A stretch of 64,000 bases of DNA, from positions 158 to 64,157 of the forward strand of contig JAOGRV010000006.1 in NCBI GenBank assembly GCA_028107545.1. The letters run 5' to 3'. The position numbers and the translations under genes are program-made. Positions 40,316 to 50,500 of the stretch are shown here, one piece after another (within the stretch, counting starts at the first letter, position 1; the number at the start of each line of letters is the position of its first letter). This stretch comes from Candidatus Pseudothioglobus singularis. GTDB taxonomy: Bacteria; Pseudomonadota; Gammaproteobacteria; PS1; Pseudothioglobaceae. The notes beneath the pieces are model-generated. The model saw nothing but the letters and a program-made list of their open reading frames with translations. It ran no database searches and was not told where the DNA came from.

Positions 40316-40990
40316 ATGACCTCACTGACAGATAAGCAAATTGAAGCCGCTGAAGCAGAGTGGCTTGACCTTTGGAAGCAGGGACCAACGCGTCTTCGAT
40401 GGACTAAAGTGCCACTTCAAGTTGGGGACTTAGCTCCTGATTTTGAATTGAAAGATACATCCGGTAAATTAGTCCATTTACGTGATTTTTGGAGCAAAGG
40501 TCCAGCCCTAATTTTATTTTGGCGACATTACGGATGCAGTTGTGGAGTTGATCGCGCAAAACTTCTACAGAATGAATATGCGGACTACATTAAACTGGGT
40601 GCATCTGTCGTTGTGATTGGGCAAGGTGAGCCTGAACGCTCTAATGACTACAGCCAAAAGCACAGCATTCCCTGTCCCGTCCTATGTGACCCAACTTATC
40701 GTGTTTATGAAGCATATGACTTGTTGGAAGGAAAACCCTCTCAAATAATTTATGATGCACCAGATGAATACCTTCGTATTGATTATGAGACTGGTGCCCA
40801 ATTGCAGCAGTCCCGTCAGGGAACAGAGGGCGCGCTGGTAGATAGCCCATGGCAGCTACCTGGGGAATTTGTCGTTGATCAATCAGGAATTATTCGCCTT
40901 GCTCATCGTTATCAGCATTGCGAAGATTGGCCTAATCCATCGATACTGATTCCGGCTATCAAGGAATCTATTTGGCAAAATGATGCATAA
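40316..40990 (+). CDS. Peroxiredoxin-like (AhpC/TSA, redoxin) protein
   Basis: VGDLAPDFEL, FWRHYGCSCG, LCDPTYRVYEAY, QLPGEFVVD; SD AGGAGG. Confidence 0.85.
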   Translation: MTSLTDKQIEAAEAEWLDLWKQGPTRLRWTKVPLQVGDLAPDFELKDTSGKLVHLRDFWSKGPALILFWRHYGCSCGVDRAKLLQNEYADYIKLGASVVVIGQGEPERSNDYSQKHSIPCPVLCDPTYRVYEAYDLLEGKPSQIIYDAPDEYLRIDYETGAQLQQSRQGTEGALVDSPWQLPGEFVVDQSGIIRLAHRYQHCEDWPNPSILIPAIKESIWQNDA

Positions 40991-41081
40991 AACAACTTGA
41001 ACCAAAGTCCAAATAAAGTTCAAATCAATACGCAAAGATTTATTGTTTACAATTTAATTAAAATAGTAGGGGAGAATATTT

Positions 41082-41648
41082 ATGACAGATAAAATGATTA
41101 ATGGAATACTCTTTATAATGGCCGGTCTGGGTTCGCTCCTCGTTTATATGCTCTTGGGTGAAACGGGCCTTCTAGGCAAGGCTCATACTGAAAAAATTGC
41201 AGCCTATGCACTGATTACTATTCCACTAGCTTTTATGATGACAAGGAATGTAGAAAAAAATGCTTTTATAAAGGTTCAAACATACATTGACGCAGGACTA
41301 CTAATGATAGTTGTTGGTTTGATCATGGGACTTGTCTCAGATGCCATCAATAGTGCAGAAATTAGTGCTGAATCTGATTTAATTGGTGATGCGATTGCCT
41401 GGACAGGCTGGTCTATCATGTATCTTGGAATATTCTTCACGGGGTTAGGCTATTTATGTACCAACCTTTTTCCTAATTGGCTATCGGGTTTGTTATCATT
41501 TACCTCCTTTGTCATGTTTGCTTATCTTGCTATCCTAAGTCCTGAGCAGTTATCAAACAGTGGAGACAGTATTGTGGCCCCTTTATGGATGTTGAATAGT
41601 TTAGTATTAGTTATCCTTGGAATTTTTACAATACGAAGAAAAGATTAG
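41082..41648 (+). CDS. Hypothetical multi-pass membrane protein
   Basis: About 6 hydrophobic segments; SD GGGGAG. Confidence 0.7.
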   Translation: MTDKMINGILFIMAGLGSLLVYMLLGETGLLGKAHTEKIAAYALITIPLAFMMTRNVEKNAFIKVQTYIDAGLLMIVVGLIMGLVSDAINSAEISAESDLIGDAIAWTGWSIMYLGIFFTGLGYLCTNLFPNWLSGLLSFTSFVMFAYLAILSPEQLSNSGDSIVAPLWMLNSLVLVILGIFTIRRKD

Positions 41649-41675
41649 AATTTAATAAAATATTGTAACTTTAGG

Positions 41676-42167
41676 ATGAATTATCAAAAATTTAGCTATT
41701 TAGCTAAACTATTACATTGGGGTTTTGTACTTTTGTTTCTCTATGGGTTATTGAAGCAGATTGATAGCCTCAATCAATTGGAGGATAGCAGTCTTTTGAA
41801 GTTTGAGGTGATATTCGCAACAGTATTTTTATTGCTGCTAGCTATTCGTTTTTTTTATATGAAAAAAACACAACAATCATCTCTCCCAGAACAAACACCA
41901 GAGTCTCAAAAGTTAGCAGCCAAAATTGTTCATACTGGAATGTATATTTGTCTTGCAGCTATCCCTCTTTCTGGGCTAATGATTGGTTTACTATTCTGGC
42001 TTGAATTAAAAGATGGAATACTAATTAATATTATAATTGAAGCCCATGAATTCGCAGTTTCAGTTATCTATTGGTTGATTGGTATTCATATTATAGCTGC
42101 TACTTATCACCGATTAAAAAAGGACGGTGTTTGGTCCTCAATGGTTCCAGTTTGGAAGGAAAAATAG
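41676..42167 (+). CDS. Cytochrome b561-family protein
   Basis: KLLHW, VHTGMY, AHE, HIIAATYH...MVP. Confidence 0.85.
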   Translation: MNYQKFSYLAKLLHWGFVLLFLYGLLKQIDSLNQLEDSSLLKFEVIFATVFLLLLAIRFFYMKKTQQSSLPEQTPESQKLAAKIVHTGMYICLAAIPLSGLMIGLLFWLELKDGILINIIIEAHEFAVSVIYWLIGIHIIAATYHRLKKDGVWSSMVPVWKEK

Positions 42168-42187
42168 TTTAATTCTATTCCAAAAAA

Positions 42188-42559
42188 CTAGAGTTCAATT
42201 TCAGTTAATTCGTGCTCTCGGTCCAGAAACTTATACTCAACTTTAACGGGTCTAAACTGTTTAATTTCTTCAAAAATGATCTCTGTAGGAAGATCACCAC
42301 AGGTATATACATCAAGCTGCATTAGTCCAGGATCTGTTTCATCCCAACAGTGAAGTGCAATATGGGACGTTTCAATAATAACTAAGCCAGTTAAGCCTCT
42401 ATTACCAGGCATATCTAGATAAGTCGTAATAGGGCCTTGACAGATCTGCATCCCAATCTTTGAGACTAATTCAGTTAGCCAGCTATGAGCCCATTTTTGA
42501 TCAGTAGGTGGTTTCAAAACCTCCGCTCTTACGATTAAGTGTTTGTGTTGAACAGTCAT
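42188..42559 (-). CDS. speD: Pyruvoyl-dependent S-adenosylmethionine decarboxylase-like proenzyme
   Basis: KHLIV, GLTG..IIETSHIALHCW, LDVYTCG. Confidence 0.78.
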   Translation of the reverse strand: MTVQHKHLIVRAEVLKPPTDQKWAHSWLTELVSKIGMQICQGPITTYLDMPGNRGLTGLVIIETSHIALHCWDETDPGLMQLDVYTCGDLPTEIIFEEIKQFRPVKVEYKFLDREHELTEIEL

Positions 42560-42740
42560 ATTTTCCCCTTATAGTGCAACTTAAGTTTATAGCAATTAAA
42601 ATCTAATTAAGAGTATTTGAGATTTTTGAATTTAGAATTATTTGATTTGCAATAAAATTTCTTAACGAGAACTTTAATAGAGATTTATGATAACAATATA
42701 ATGAAATATTGCTAGAAAACTTAATACTTAAAGTGAATTC

Positions 42741-44174
42741 TTAGTCGATCATTGGAAGAAGTTTGTCGAGTGATTCTTTCGCATTCCCATAGAGCATTCT
42801 AGTATTCTCTTTAAAGAATAATGGGTTTTCGATTCCAGAGTACCCTGTCCCTTGGCCTCTTTTTGAGACAAAGACATGTTTAGCTTTCCAGCACTCTAAA
42901 ACAGGCATGCCTGCAATTGGGCTATTTGGATCGTCTTGCGCAGCAGGATTAACAATGTCATTGGATCCAATTACAATAGCCACATCAGTATCTGAAAAAT
43001 CAGCATTAATCTCATCCATCTCCATCACAATATCATAGGGCACCCGAGCCTCAGCCAGAAGAACATTCATATGACCGGGCAAACGACCAGCAACTGGATG
43101 AATGGCAAAGCGCACATTTTTACCTTGTGCTCTTAGCTTGCGAGCTAATTCAGAAACTGATTGTTGCGCTTGAGCAACAGCCATGCCGTAGCCTGGAATA
43201 ATGATAATGCTGTCAGCATCATTCAGGACAGAAGCAACACCATCTGCCTCAATAGAAACTTGCTCACCATGAAACTCCATTTGTGGACCAGATGAGCCGC
43301 CAAAGCCACCTAGAATGACGCTCACAAAAGATCGATTCATGGCGTTACACATGATATAAGACAATATAGCACCTGACGATCCAACGAGCGCTCCAACAAC
43401 AATTAAAACATCATTACCAAGACTAAATCCAATCGCCGCGGCGGCCCATCCCGAATAAGAATTGAGCATTGATACCACTACAGGCATATCAGCCCCTCCA
43501 ATACCCATGATTAAGTGATATCCGATGAATAATGCTAGAAATGTCAATACAATCATTGACAACAGCTCACCACTATTTAAATACCAAACTCCCGATAGTA
43601 CTGACAACAGGGCTGCAGCCGCATTAAGAAAGTGACCTCCCGGTAATTTAAACGCCGTTGATGTTACTTTGCCTGCCAACTTACCATATGCAATGATGGA
43701 GCCGGTAAACGTAACTGCACCGATCCAGATACCTAATGAGGTTTCAACGCGAAGTATATTTATTTCAACAGCTGATTTTTTAGCGAGTAACGCCGAAAAC
43801 CCTTCCAGTGATTTCATTGCTGCTAGATCCATCGATGCAATATTGACAAGTTCAAAGTGTGTATTAAAGCCCACAAATACTGCAGCAAGTCCGACCAATG
43901 CATGCATTCCAGCAACTAATTCCGGCATTTGCGTCATAGCGACTTTCGATGCTAACTGGTAACCAATAAGTCCGCCAGCAGTAATTAACAGAAGCGATAG
44001 CCACCATAGTCCATTCCCTGGTCCAAATAGGGTTGCGGAAACAGCCAAAGCCATTCCAGTGATACCATACCAAACTGCACGCTTTGCACTTTCCTGGCCA
44101 GATAGTCCACCAAGCGATAATATAAACAATATGGCAGCAAGAACATAGACAGCAGAAGTAAAACCCATTTCCAT
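42741..44174 (-). CDS. pntB: NAD(P) transhydrogenase beta subunit
   Basis: [31 protein letters not shown]. Confidence 0.97.
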   Translation of the reverse strand: MEMGFTSAVYVLAAILFILSLGGLSGQESAKRAVWYGITGMALAVSATLFGPGNGLWWLSLLLITAGGLIGYQLASKVAMTQMPELVAGMHALVGLAAVFVGFNTHFELVNIASMDLAAMKSLEGFSALLAKKSAVEINILRVETSLGIWIGAVTFTGSIIAYGKLAGKVTSTAFKLPGGHFLNAAAALLSVLSGVWYLNSGELLSMIVLTFLALFIGYHLIMGIGGADMPVVVSMLNSYSGWAAAAIGFSLGNDVLIVVGALVGSSGAILSYIMCNAMNRSFVSVILGGFGGSSGPQMEFHGEQVSIEADGVASVLNDADSIIIIPGYGMAVAQAQQSVSELARKLRAQGKNVRFAIHPVAGRLPGHMNVLLAEARVPYDIVMEMDEINADFSDTDVAIVIGSNDIVNPAAQDDPNSPIAGMPVLECWKAKHVFVSKRGQGTGYSGIENPLFFKENTRMLYGNAKESLDKLLPMID

Positions 44175-44185
44175 AATGTCAGCCC

Positions 44186-45757
44186 TTAAGATTTCTGAAA
44201 CATGGCAAGCATGCGTCTTGTTACAAGGAAACCACCAAATATATTGATACCAGCAAAAAATACCGAAATCGCAGCAAGTATCACTACTAGAAAGCTGGTT
44301 GAACTTATCTGAAGTATTGCTCCTAAGATAATGATTGATGAAATAGCATTGGTGACAGCCATCAATGGAGTATGAAGAGAGTGACTAACATTCCAAATCA
44401 CTTGAAAACCAACAAAAACAGACAGGATAAAGACAATAAAGTGCTGCATAAAGCTAACAGGTGCATAGCTTCCAACCAAGAATAATAAAACACCACCGAC
44501 TGTGAGCAATATAATTTGATTTTTAGTTTGTTTTTTAAACGCTGCAACTTCATCAGCCCTAATTTCTTCTGGGGTTTTATCTGGGGTTCTTTCCTTGTGA
44601 GAAGTCGCAATAGCTTGAACTTTAGGAGGAGGGGGAGGGAACGAAATCTCACCCGAATGAACAATTGTTGCCCCGCGAATAACATCATCCTCCATGTCAT
44701 GAACAATCACTCCATCTTTGTCTGGAGTTAAATCTGAAATCATATGACGAATATTACTGGCGTAAAGCGAACTTGCCTGAGCAGCCATACGGCTTGGAAA
44801 ATCCGTATAACCGATAATAATAACACCATTATCTGTCACAACACGCTCATCAATAACAGTCAGCTTGCAATTTCCACCCTTTTCTGCAGCCAAATCAACG
44901 ATAACCGAACCCGGCTTCATGGAAGCAACCATATCTGCAGTCCAAAGTTCAGGAGCTTCTCGATTTGGAATTAAAGCAGTTGTAATAACAATATCCATCT
45001 TCGGGGCAATCTCACGAAACTTATCCAATTGAGCAGCTGCAAATTCAGGGGAAGATACTGAAGCATAGCCACCAGTTGAGGCATCGCTGACCTGTTCATC
45101 TTTAAAATCTAAAAATACAAATTCAGCGCCCATAGATTCAACCTGTTCGGCCACCTCCGGGCGTACATCAAATGCATAGGTTATTGCACCAAGAGAGGTA
45201 GAGGTGCCAATCGCAGCAAGCCCAGCAACGCCAGCTCCAACAACCAAAACCTTTGCTGGAGGAACCTTGCCAGCAGCAGTCATTTGACCAGTAAAAAAAC
45301 GACCAAAGTTATTACCAGCTTCAATCACAGCTCGGTAACCAGAGATGTTTGCCATAGAAGATAGGACGTCCATTTTTTGAGCACGGCTGATCCGAGGTAC
45401 CATATCCATAGCGATAACGTTAGACTTAGAAGATTTAGCCAACAACAATAGAGCTTCATTACTACCAGGGTAGAAGAGGGAGATTAGCGTCTTTGATGAG
45501 GTTAGTTCTTGGAGTTCAGATTCACTCGGAGGAAGGACCTTGACAATTACATCACAAGCCTCAGTAAGCTCATTAGGGGTATCTACAATTTCAACACCTA
45601 CAGATTTGTATTGCTCATTACTAAAGCCAGCAGCCAGACCAGAATTCTTCTCAACCAGGCAATCATAACCAAGCTTCTGCAACTGAACAGCACTGTCAGG
45701 AGTTAGAGCAACGCGGCGTTCGCCTAATGATGTTTCTTTGAGTGCTCCAATTTTCAT
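44186..45757 (-). CDS. pntA: NAD(P) transhydrogenase alpha subunit (fused)
   Basis: [37 protein letters not shown]. Confidence 0.97.
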   Translation of the reverse strand: MKIGALKETSLGERRVALTPDSAVQLQKLGYDCLVEKNSGLAAGFSNEQYKSVGVEIVDTPNELTEACDVIVKVLPPSESELQELTSSKTLISLFYPGSNEALLLLAKSSKSNVIAMDMVPRISRAQKMDVLSSMANISGYRAVIEAGNNFGRFFTGQMTAAGKVPPAKVLVVGAGVAGLAAIGTSTSLGAITYAFDVRPEVAEQVESMGAEFVFLDFKDEQVSDASTGGYASVSSPEFAAAQLDKFREIAPKMDIVITTALIPNREAPELWTADMVASMKPGSVIVDLAAEKGGNCKLTVIDERVVTDNGVIIIGYTDFPSRMAAQASSLYASNIRHMISDLTPDKDGVIVHDMEDDVIRGATIVHSGEISFPPPPPKVQAIATSHKERTPDKTPEEIRADEVAAFKKQTKNQIILLTVGGVLLFLVGSYAPVSFMQHFIVFILSVFVGFQVIWNVSHSLHTPLMAVTNAISSIIILGAILQISSTSFLVVILAAISVFFAGINIFGGFLVTRRMLAMFQKS

Positions 45758-45763
45758 AATTTT

Positions 45764-45799
45764 CGTCCTTTATGACGCGGCCTTTCACCGTCTTATAAA
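45764..45799 (-). promoter_or_regulatory. GC-rich structured 5' leader of pntA
   Basis: Minus strand TTTATAAGACGGTGAAAGGCCGCGTCATAAAGGACG forms a bulged hairpin next to the SD. Confidence 0.5.
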
Positions 45800-45892
45800 T
45801 TTTTGTATCTATCTATATTTTATCATACTATTAACAAAAGATATATATGTTTAGATATATATGATAATAATAGTTATCTCAATTAAATTTAA

Positions 45893-45976
45893 TCACAAAT
45901 TTGTTATACCCACATAAAGAAATAGAGCAAGTAAAGAGTAACCTGCAAATGCAAATGTATACTTAAGGAGCTTCAT
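45893..45976 (-). CDS. Putative 27-aa single-TM microprotein
   Basis: Hand-translated MKLLKYTFAFAGYSLLALFLYVGITNL; overlaps the stop of the upstream ORF; AGAGG just upstream. Confidence 0.5.
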   Translation of the reverse strand: MKLLKYTFAFAGYSLLALFLYVGITNL

Positions 45977-46151
45977 TTCCTCTTAACTCTTCTTGAAGAA
46001 ATGTTAAGTTGTTTAGATAAGCATCTTTTAAGTTGGTATCCATAGAAGACTCCATATTTCTAATTTCTTGAAATTCTTTATGTAAAGCTCTTTTAGTCTT
46101 GCGCCTACTATTGGGAGAGCCATGTTTTGTATTATATTTTGCGAGTGTCAT
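45963..46151 (-). CDS. Hypothetical 62-aa basic protein
   Basis: Strong SD AGGAGG before the ATG at 46151 (MTLAKYNTKHG...). Confidence 0.7.
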   Translation of the reverse strand: MTLAKYNTKHGSPNSRRKTKRALHKEFQEIRNMESSMDTNLKDAYLNNLTFLQEELRGNEAP

Positions 46152-46170
46152 AATTTTAAACCTCCTGAGA

Positions 46171-46269
46171 TTAGTGAACAAAACTACTAATAATGCTCAC
46201 CATTGTGTACATAAAGCTGAGCATAAAAACCATGCACAGAGTAGTCTAAATAACTAATTTTGTTTCCAT
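46171..46269 (-). pseudogene. 32-codon hydrophobic small ORF interrupted by an in-frame TAG
   Basis: METKLVI*TTLCMVFMLSFMYTMVSIISSFVH; could be a TGG>TAG change. Confidence 0.35.
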
Positions 46270-46482
46270 TGATAATTAAAATAATTTAAAAAAAACACAT
46301 TCTAATAAATTGATATAAAGATTAGATGAAGATTTTGAGTTATTTAGATAAAGAGCCAGAGTTCAAATACTCAAAGACTTGAGAGGTAATTTAATTGAGA
46401 TGATATCGAAATGAAATAGTTATCTCAGTTGAGACTCAGGTTGGCACTGTAGAGCCATTCTAATTAGAATAGAAATATCAAG

Positions 46483-47259
46483 TTAGCGCATGCCTCGATG
46501 CTTTTTAATAATCTCATAGGCACTAATAATTTCTTGTGTCTTTTCGTTTGCTAACTTTTGCATTTCTTCAGGAAGTCCTTTGGCAACAAGCTTGTCTGGA
46601 TGGTGCTGAGCTAAAAGGCGTCTGTAGGCACGCTTAATTTCTTTATCACTTAATGATTTATCAATTCCTAGGACTTTATATGCATCATCAACAGAGATGC
46701 CCTTAGTGCCGCTCTTAGTGGCTGAAAACTGTTGAATAAGGCTTTCTAGCTCATGAAGCGGAAAGTGGAGCTTTTGAGCGATATCTCTAAGCGCATTATG
46801 TTCACTACTGTCAAAAACTCCGTCTGCGAAGGCTGCTTGGATTTGAATTTCTAAAAACATGCGAATGAGATGGGTTCTTCCATGCGTTTCAACTCGAAAC
46901 TGCTCAAGCACCTCATCTAGATTGAAACCTTCTTGTTTTCCCTGATTAAAGAGATCTTTAGCCACTTTAATCATATCCTCTGATAACTGCATGTGCTCCA
47001 TCACCTGTTGCGCCATAATAATTTCAGATTGTGAAACTTTTCCATCAGCTTTAGAGATATAACCCATGACTGAAAAGACGCCACTAAAGAAAGCCGCCTG
47101 GACTCGCTGTTGGTTTCCTGGACCAAAATTATTATTAAAGCCAGATTGCGCTCTTCGTTTTGAGAAATTACCTGCAAAAGCTACACCAAGCATTGCCCCT
47201 AATGGGCCTCCAATCATGAAGCCTACTGCACCACCAATAACCGTTGACCACCAACTCAT
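46483..47259 (-). CDS. djlA: Co-chaperone DjlA
   Basis: N-terminal Gly-rich TM, TerB-like KADG, C-terminal J-domain HHPDK. Confidence 0.93.
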   Translation of the reverse strand: MSWWSTVIGGAVGFMIGGPLGAMLGVAFAGNFSKRRAQSGFNNNFGPGNQQRVQAAFFSGVFSVMGYISKADGKVSQSEIIMAQQVMEHMQLSEDMIKVAKDLFNQGKQEGFNLDEVLEQFRVETHGRTHLIRMFLEIQIQAAFADGVFDSSEHNALRDIAQKLHFPLHELESLIQQFSATKSGTKGISVDDAYKVLGIDKSLSDKEIKRAYRRLLAQHHPDKLVAKGLPEEMQKLANEKTQEIISAYEIIKKHRGMR

Positions 47260-47280
47260 ATTAAATTCCTTTGTACATTA

Positions 47281-47508
47281 TTAATTAAAAGATTCAAAGT
47301 GTTTCTCTCTTTCATCTTTAAGCATTCCAGCAGTTTCATCGACAAAACGATTCCGATCCTCTCGAGATTTAAGAACCCATATACACACCGTTTCTCTGCT
47401 GTGATAGATAGCCTTTAGTTCATCATCAATGTCACAGATTTCTTGAGGTATTTCAGTTTTGATACAATACATGAATACAATGTTCTCTTCAAAAAAATAA
47501 GTATACAC
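47281..47508 (-). CDS. Hypothetical protein
   Basis: 75-aa ORF co-oriented between the autotransporter and djlA; start uncertain. Confidence 0.6.
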   Translation of the reverse strand: MYTYFFEENIVFMYCIKTEIPQEICDIDDELKAIYHSRETVCIWVLKSREDRNRFVDETAGMLKDEREKHFESFN

Positions 47509-47552
47509 AAAAGTCTAAATGAATAATTTAGGGATGATTCATTTTTGAATTG

Positions 47553-50500
47553 TTAAAAGGACATCCTAGTGCTTAATCCAATAGTATTGTTATAGCCTGA
47601 GTTTGATGATTTTGCAGACTCTAAGCTTGCATTAAGTGTCCAGTCATCAGTCAGGCTCCTGTCATAATCTAGACCAAACTGTCTATTGGAGGAATTGCCA
47701 CCGATTATTGAAACACTGTATTCAGTGTTTTGATTTGGTTGGAAAGACGCACCAAGACTGATTGAGTTTTCATAACTTGTGTCATCTTCTTGGCTTCTCT
47801 CAAAGTCTGCCGAGAGTGCCCATCCCCCTTCAACTAAGACGTCGGTTCCAAACCCTATTCGAAAGTTATCAGTCTCTTCCCGATCAATTTTGAAGGTGTA
47901 ATCCGTATTTGGATAGACAACATAGGAGAGGACTGCATCTGAAGCATCTACAACATCTTTTCCGTACTCGATTCGAGCGTTTGGCATAAATGTGGCACTC
48001 TGAGTCTGAATTTCATCATCTATGAGGAGTCCAATAGAAACTCTCGCTGTTTTAATTTTTTGCTCATTATAGTTTATGGACGCCACCTTTCCAGAGTCAG
48101 AGTAGCTCTTTAATTTTGTATAGCCAGCATCGATACGACCGTAAGGTGATAGAGTGACATCATTATTAAATTCAGCGCCATAGAGCACCGAGCTAAATAT
48201 CTGCTCTCCTTTTCTTTTTCCAGTCAGGGTTCCTGATTCATGTATTCTGGTCAAATCAGTCCTTAGTTTGCCAACCCCGAAGGTGCCGTCGATATAGGTT
48301 TTTTCACTGAACGGAAGTGTCCCATAAAAGGATAAGCTGAAACTATCCGTGTCGATTGTAGTGCCTGAGGAGCCAATATCATCATCCTCATCCTCCATTC
48401 TTATTGCTAAGCCGTAAATTTGATTTGTATCGACGATCTTATCGATACCGAGCGTGATTCCATTGCTTTTAATTTTTTTAATGGCTGATATCGTGTTTTC
48501 ATCAGTCTCTCCAATAGTGATGCTACCCTCACTCCAAATTGCCCAGTCATTTCCGAATAGGTCAGATGTTTGATTCAAAAAACCAGATAGATTTAGCGCA
48601 TTTGACATCTCAGTGAGCGATGAATTAACAAATCTGAGCTTGACCCCTTGATTTGATAGGTTTTTTTGATCGTTGTGTCTTCTCAGAAATTCCATACGCT
48701 TTAGGACAGGTTTTGTTGAATGCATAATCATTCTTTTGGCGCTCTCAATTTGAGCCTCTATAAGTCCTACAACATCCTTCTCATTGAGCGGGTTGGATAG
48801 CGAGGTTTTGAGGTATTCAGCTGTAAAAGTCTTGATTGTTTCAGGAACTAGATTGTCCGAGTAGTCTTCAAAAGTGTTCGCTGGGGCTATAGCTTTGATC
48901 TTTTGCTGACTTGAAAAGTTACTGGTTGGATTGATTGTAATAATGGTTTTAGCTGAATTAATAGTTGCTGAGAAGGGGATATTTTTTGGGTTCGCAATAT
49001 CTGTAATATCCTGAAGTGTTACTAAGCTACTAACATTAGAATTATCAATTTCGCTGTCATTAATTTGCCTAATCTTCTCACTAAACGTGAACGTAATGTC
49101 TGAATCGGTGGCAATGGAGGCGGTAATAACCGCTGCAATTTCAACGGTTGGTGGTAACGAGTCACCCGTAGTGAATGTGGCTGAATCTGCTAATATAGCA
49201 TTATTATAAGAATCTTCAACGGTCGCACCAATCGCGACATAAACAATTTGATTGCTAGATAAATTACTTACCAGGTCAAGCGTTATGACCTGCTTGTCTG
49301 CGTCTATAGTTGCATCAAATTGAATATCATCACCATTTACATCATTTTCTTTTAAGGTGATTAAGCTATCGACATTAGTGTTGTTTAGGGCTGAGTTGTC
49401 AATAAGTCTTATTTCTTCATTAAAGGTCAAGGTAATGTCTGTTTCTTCAGCGACCATGGTTGAAGAATTCGCTGGACTAAAGGTTAAGACCGGCGCTGTG
49501 GAGTCGACAACGCAAAATGTACCAGAAGTGGCACTCATCGTGTTATTTGATGAGTCCTCTACTGATTCAATAGCTACATTAACGACCTCGCCACTAACAA
49601 AGTCGCTATCAGGGTTGATAGTAATGATCTTTTTATCTGAATCTATGGTTGCAGTAAAGGCGACTGGAGAGCTGTCAGATGTATACTCGAGAGTAATTAA
49701 GTTTCCAACGTTTGAGTCAGTAATGGTTGAGTCATCAGGGTTTCTAACCGCCTCATTAAAGGTCAGTGAGACGTTGGAGGATATTGGTACACAGTTTGAC
49801 GCATCAGGAGGCACAAAAGCAACCGTTGGTGCCGTGGAGTCTGCCGCTGTAAAGGTTATTGAGCTTGCACTTATCGCGTTGTCTGAAGCATCCTCTACCG
49901 TTGCTCCAATGGCTACATAGATAACCTGTTCGCTTGAAAAATCACTACTTGGTGCAATCGTTATGAGCTGTTTAGAATTATCAATCACAGCATCAAAGGC
50001 GATATCAGATCCACTTGAATTGGTCGTTTTAAGAGTAATCAGAGTATCGACATTTGAGTCTGTTAGTGCTGAGTTATCGGTATTTCTAATCACTTCATCA
50101 AAGGCGATAGTAATGTCTGAGTTGACTGCTATACCTGTTGCAGAGTCTGCTGGTGTAAAGTCTAGATTTGGAGCGGTTGAGTCTGCTGCCACAAATGTTA
50201 TAGAGCTTGCAGTAATAGCATTATTAGAGTCATCTTCTAAGGTTGCCCCTATAGCCACATAAACAGTTTGTTCACTCGAAAGGCTACTATCAGGATTAAT
50301 AGTAATTATTTTTTTATCAGAGTCTATGGTTGCATTGAAATCTATATCAGTTCCGTTTTCATCGGTATCCTTTAAACTGATTAGGCTATCAACGTTGGTA
50401 CTAGTTAATGTGGTGTCGTCAGTATTTCGAATAGCTTCATTAAAAGTTATTGTTATATTATCAGTGACTGGTACTGGATTTTCTAAATCAATTGGATCAA

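Noticed and set aside
40316-40990. Possible selenoprotein (SelU-like redoxin)
   Set aside because: The ORF is uninterrupted, the active-site residues use Cys codons, and it ends in TAA.
40997-41023. TTGAAC-N15-GTTCAA dyad with an AAAGT(C/T)CAAAT tandem repeat
   Set aside because: Single occurrence, short and AT-rich; cannot be assigned to a regulator.
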